From contig CBDCTH010000004.1 of assembly GCA_965222155.1 (NCBI GenBank), positions 128,001 through 192,000 on the forward strand: a DNA stretch of 64,000 nucleotides, read 5' to 3'. A program made the translations under genes and the position numbers. This document shows, piece by piece, positions 60,169-64,000 of the stretch (position 1 is the stretch's first letter; each line of letters starts with the position of its first letter). Source of the stretch: Gammaproteobacteria bacterium. GTDB lineage: Bacteria > Pseudomonadota > Gammaproteobacteria > Eutrophobiales > Eutrophobiaceae. The notes under the pieces are model-generated. The model was not told the origin of the DNA, ran no database searches, and worked only from the letters and a program-made list of their open reading frames with translations.

Positions 60169-60194
60169 CACCGACTTGAAAGCATGCCGTGTCG

Positions 60195-60589
60195 ATGATG
60201 TATGCCAACGGCGGGGGCGTGCTGAAAGACTACGCCGAAGCCGCGCATTGGTTGCATCTGTCTGTCGAGCAGGGGCACGCCAAGGCGCAGTACAATCTCT
60301 GCATCATGTATAAAGAAGGAGAATGCGTGTTTAGGACAATGCCAAGGCCCTGCGCTGGTATCGCCTAGCTGCCGCGCAGGGGTACGCACTGGCACAACAC
60401 AATCTGGGCGCCATGTATTACCAAGGTGTGCCTGAACAAGATATCGTGCAAGCCTATGTCTGGTTCAGTCTGGCTGCGGCAGCACAAGCAGAGTCCGCTG
60501 AGATAAGAGACAGCATCGCCGATGAAATGACTGCTGCCCAGCTTGCCGAGGCGGAGTCTTTATTTCAGGAATTACAGGCCCTGGATTGA
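60195..60589 (+). pseudogene. Sel1-like repeat protein, 5'-truncated and frameshifted
   Basis: MYANGGGVLKDYAEAAHW...EQGHAKAQYNL, frameshift, KALRWYRLAAAQGYALAQHNLGAMY...QAYVWFSLAA. Confidence 0.8.
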
Positions 60590-60699
60590 GTGTAAATGGC
60601 GCTGACAGGGAACTCTGTTCAGGGCACAGGAAAACCAGTTGTCAGGCTTCGGATTCTCTTCCCTGCTCCTTTCGAGCACGCTCATGTCAATGAGCGTCA

Positions 60700-61263
60700 T
60701 TAAATCAGTTCCTTAAACTCCCGCAATAAGTCGGCTGTGACTGGAAGTCTTGATGAAGACAGAATCTCCAGGTACTGATCCGCACTTTTTTCAGGATTCA
60801 GCAGTCGGGCGCGAATGCGTTTGGCGCAAGCAATGACGGCGCCTTGATTCAATCCAAATTGATGTTCAATAAATTCATCGGGATGAAGCGCTTCTATGCC
60901 ATAAGGAGACAGGTATTCCGGCAGGAAGTCCTTCAGGTTTGCGGTAACAATAATTTGGGCGCCACATTTGATAGCGGCCGCCAGTACATGGCGGTCCCTG
61001 GGATCCGGTAAGGAAATGCCATCTATCAACGATTCGTAATGCCTGACAAGCGCATCGGGGATAGCCGCGTCCATCAGCCTTCTTGTCTGTTGAATGCGTT
61101 TCTCAATTTCCGGACGGTCTTTTACCAGACTGGACATCCACTCCTGATGGATCCGATCCGTCCATTTGGCCCGCACCAGATCTGAAATGGCAATCTCCAT
61201 AAGCAAATCCCTGACCGGCGCGGGATAGAGAACGCACGCATCGTAGACAACAACAAAGCCCAT
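60700..61263 (-). CDS. PIN-domain protein (PIN_3-type)
   Basis: VYDACVLYP, LPDPRDRHVLAAA, IVTANLKDF. Confidence 0.9.
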   Translation of the reverse strand: MGFVVVYDACVLYPAPVRDLLMEIAISDLVRAKWTDRIHQEWMSSLVKDRPEIEKRIQQTRRLMDAAIPDALVRHYESLIDGISLPDPRDRHVLAAAIKCGAQIIVTANLKDFLPEYLSPYGIEALHPDEFIEHQFGLNQGAVIACAKRIRARLLNPEKSADQYLEILSSSRLPVTADLLREFKELI

Positions 61264-61715
61264 TAATATCCTAAATTACTTTCCTGGGCAATTTTTACCA
61301 GTTCATCCATAGCCTTTGAGCTTTGCTTCTTGATGTTGTCTTTGTATGCCATCAGGTCTTTGAACCGGATGCGCCTGTGGGTTCCCACCTTGGTAAATCG
61401 TAATTCACCTTTCTCCAGCAGCGTAACCAGATAGGGCCTGGACACATTCAGGATATCGGCTGCCTGTTGTGTCGTCATTTCTGCATGGACAGGGACGATG
61501 GTGACTGCATTCCCCTGAGCCATGTCAGCCAGCAAGTCTCTGAGAAGGATAAGTGCCTGGCGCGGTAGAATCAGGTCTTGTCCGTCCAGTTTGACATGGG
61601 CTCTATCCGTTTCCGGCAGTTTGTTCAGTAATCGACCAAGCTCCGCCGCACCGGCACGGGCTAATCGTACCGTTTCATGGTCAGGTAATTGCTCATGCGC
61701 TCGTTCAATCATCAT
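61263..61715 (-). CDS. Excisionase-like HTH protein, putative antitoxin
   Basis: EMTTQQAADILNVSRPYLVTLL...VGTHRRI; translationally coupled to the PIN gene. Confidence 0.88.
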   Translation of the reverse strand: MMIERAHEQLPDHETVRLARAGAAELGRLLNKLPETDRAHVKLDGQDLILPRQALILLRDLLADMAQGNAVTIVPVHAEMTTQQAADILNVSRPYLVTLLEKGELRFTKVGTHRRIRFKDLMAYKDNIKKQSSKAMDELVKIAQESNLGY

Positions 61716-61925
61716 GGTTGTTCTCCGGTGCGGCCCGTTCAGATTCGTATTATTGTCTGTTAATTTGTCAAATCAGTATCACTAATATAGTAAATAATCG
61801 AAATAAACGCAACAACCCCATTGACGGGCTAACCGGTTAGTTCAACCACTAAGAATTCTACGTCCATTCAACGCCATTTGCCTCAGGTCCCCAGAACTCC
61901 CCCGCAGGGCGCCCGTACTGCATAA

Positions 61926-61950
61926 GGGGACGGATTTGAAATCCGTCCCC
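61926..61950. repeat. GGGGACRGATTT palindrome
   Basis: ggggacggatttgaaatccgtcccc. Confidence 0.85.
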
Positions 61951-62253
61951 GGAGAGATGGAAGGCGTACATCAAAAAATCCGGCGCGTTCATTGCGCCCA
62001 TCCCCCTGCTCAACTCCATACAGAGCTTGCCCCTGCGGTTGTAAGCAGGGGGGCAGGCTCTGGGCACAACCCTTCGGGCGGCCTGTGCCGTGCAAATCGT
62101 CTGTCCTGACGATTTGTCATCGCATCAACTGGTGAGAAATCCGGGCTAGTCGGCTTCCATACGGATACCTGCCGTTTCAGTTAAATGCGTGCTCAAGCAA
62201 CCGAGCATACTATGCATGTTTTGAAGCTGCACATGCCGCACTGTCACTTGGAT

Positions 62254-62328
62254 ATGATGCGATTATTTAACATAATCGCATCATAATGTACTATTATATG
62301 AAGCGAATAACGGGTATGATCGCGTCAT
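62254..62328. promoter_or_regulatory. Two palindromic operators upstream of the Fic gene
   Basis: Perfect atgatgcgattat-N5-ataatcgcatcat (62254-62284) and imperfect atgaagcgaataa-N5-atgatcgcgtcat (62298-62328) overlapping the ATG. Confidence 0.65.
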
Positions 62329-63529
62329 GAAGTGGATATGGGAGCACGACAACTGGCCGCATTTTGAGTATGACTCTACAAGATCATACGACCTCGGCAC
62401 CAATGATTTCAAGCTGACATCACAACGGTTGCATGGAAATATTGAGGCTATGCCAGCGAACGACCAAGTCGACACGCTGACAGACCTGATGCTTTCCGAA
62501 GTATTGAATACTAATATGATCGAAGGCGAGGCACTGAACCGCGCGTCCGTACGCTCATCTTTGCTGGTATTACTCGGTGGTGAAGCGGATGGTACAGGCG
62601 GTCATCAGGATGAAAAATCGTTATCGGCTGCAGAGTTCATGGTGGATGTACGCAGCTGCTGGAACAGTCCCCTGGATGCGCCCATGCTGGGGCGCTGGCA
62701 ATCCATGGTGATTGCAGAGAAACGCGTTAATACCATCACGCGGGGGGCTTTCCGTCACGATGTTGCCCCAATGCAAATCATCAGTGGCCCTATTGGGCGT
62801 CATCGGGTTCACTATGAAGCGCTGCCGTCAGCACGGGTTGATGATGAGATGGCGCGTTTTCTTGACTGGTATAACACAACCCGCCCTACTGAAAGTGGCA
62901 ATAACGACGCGCTGCCTGGTCTGATCAGGGCGGGAGTAGCCCATGTATGGTTTGAAATGATTCATCCGTTTGACGACGGTAACGGGCGAGTAGGACGAGC
63001 CATTGTCGATCACGCAATCTCACAGACAGTGGGTTATCCCACGCTCGCCTGTTTTTCAACAGCGGCCTTGCAATCCCGGAAAACCTATTATCGGGAACTT
63101 GAATGGGTCGGTCGCGGCAATATAAATCTGGATTCCTGGCTGCGCTTTTTTACAAGGACCGTCAGGCAGGCGCTCATGATTGCGCAACAACAAGTGGCTT
63201 TTGTGCTGGGCAAGACCCGGTTTTACGATGCCTATCTCGAACGATTGAACGAGCGGCAAAAGAAGATGGTCGCCCGCGTGTTTGCTGGGGGCATTAAAGG
63301 CTTTGAAGGTGGCATAACAACCCGGAAATATCAAGTCGTCACAAAATGCTCCCGCGCAACCGCGTTCCGAGATCTCAATGAGATGCTGAGGCAGGGCATG
63401 CTGGTTGCGCGACCGGGTGCGGGCCGCAATGTCAGCTATGATCTGGTTTCAGTTGAAGCATGCATGCCTTTGGTCATGCAAGCGGACGTGCCGACTTTGC
63501 CAACTGCCCCTGAAGGGATGTCACCATGA
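62327..63529 (+). CDS. Fic-domain protein with DUF4172-like N-terminus and C-terminal wHTH
   Basis: WIWEHDNWPHF, HPFDDGNGRVGR, SRATAFRDL. Confidence 0.92.
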   Translation: MKWIWEHDNWPHFEYDSTRSYDLGTNDFKLTSQRLHGNIEAMPANDQVDTLTDLMLSEVLNTNMIEGEALNRASVRSSLLVLLGGEADGTGGHQDEKSLSAAEFMVDVRSCWNSPLDAPMLGRWQSMVIAEKRVNTITRGAFRHDVAPMQIISGPIGRHRVHYEALPSARVDDEMARFLDWYNTTRPTESGNNDALPGLIRAGVAHVWFEMIHPFDDGNGRVGRAIVDHAISQTVGYPTLACFSTAALQSRKTYYRELEWVGRGNINLDSWLRFFTRTVRQALMIAQQQVAFVLGKTRFYDAYLERLNERQKKMVARVFAGGIKGFEGGITTRKYQVVTKCSRATAFRDLNEMLRQGMLVARPGAGRNVSYDLVSVEACMPLVMQADVPTLPTAPEGMSP

Positions 63530-64000
63530 TTCCAGATATCCATACAATCAATAGAGCACGCTTATACATCGATCATAACGGCTTTTTTACATCATTAGAT
63601 TCCAGAACTGCCGACTGTTGGAGAAAAAACCAACCTAACAGATAACACTCAACTCGCAACCGCTTGATGTAAACGGGGTTGATTTGTCTTTAACGTTATT
63701 AATATCAATGAGTTATAAAATAGAAAATGACCGTTAAGAGAAGCATTGTTTTAATAGGAATAGGAAAGATATGCTATAAACGCCTATAAGCCGATGATGG
63801 CGGCTTCTAAAGTACTTCGATGCATACCTGATCGGTTTTACAGTCACTTTGGACAACCTTACGTTAGCGCCAAGCGAGTAAGCGGCCGTTGAAACGGCCA
63901 GGCTAGTGCTATGGTTTTTGGTATAAAGTCCCTTGTAAAGAAGGCTCTTGTGTAACCTGAGGGGCACGTGCGGATGCTGCTCAGAAACAGTGAGAAAATA

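Noticed and set aside
62090-62150. Hairpin and gagaaatccgggctag as an IS end
   Set aside because: Reminiscent of IS termini, but there is no partner end or transposase
63734-63967. 77-aa ORF at the window end
   Set aside because: No motif or other support in the frames examined
59402-64000. attR copy of the tRNA-Ser 3' end and an integrase
   Set aside because: Neither seen in the window; they may lie beyond it

Overview
Chromosomal window from a Gammaproteobacterium (inferred from gene order). The conserved backbone runs nagZ-mscS-dapF-xerC, smpB-ratA-rnfH-bamE-fur-recN-nadK-hrcA-grpE-dnaK-dnaJ-dapB, then carAB-greA-rlmE-ftsH-glmM, serA-DUF1015 and tRNA-Ser(CGA). A B12 uptake/salvage set with a cobalamin riboswitch is interleaved in it. 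Three accessory zones (about 1-7.4 kb, 32.5-46.7 kb, 59.4-64 kb) hold toxin-antitoxin and defence-like modules: seven PIN-domain genes, AbiE, HigBA, Fic, a decayed NotI-like RM pair, and IS30/IS91 remnants. Main candidates for novelty: (1) a roughly 270-nt, extensively base-paired candidate ncRNA behind a perfect CRP-type box at class-I spacing (44645-44986); (2) a three-gene RsbW-like kinase / STAS / PIN operon whose PIN carries an in-frame TAG; (3) an RNase-H-like nuclease fused to a putative antitoxin upstream of an ART-like gene; (4) antitoxins with extra N-terminal domains; (5) TA cassettes repeatedly bracketed by partial copies of neighbouring genes; (6) glmM lacking a canonical start codon; (7) a palindromic repeat translated in frame inside Lhr. 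All family assignments come from recognising motifs by eye; no searches were run.
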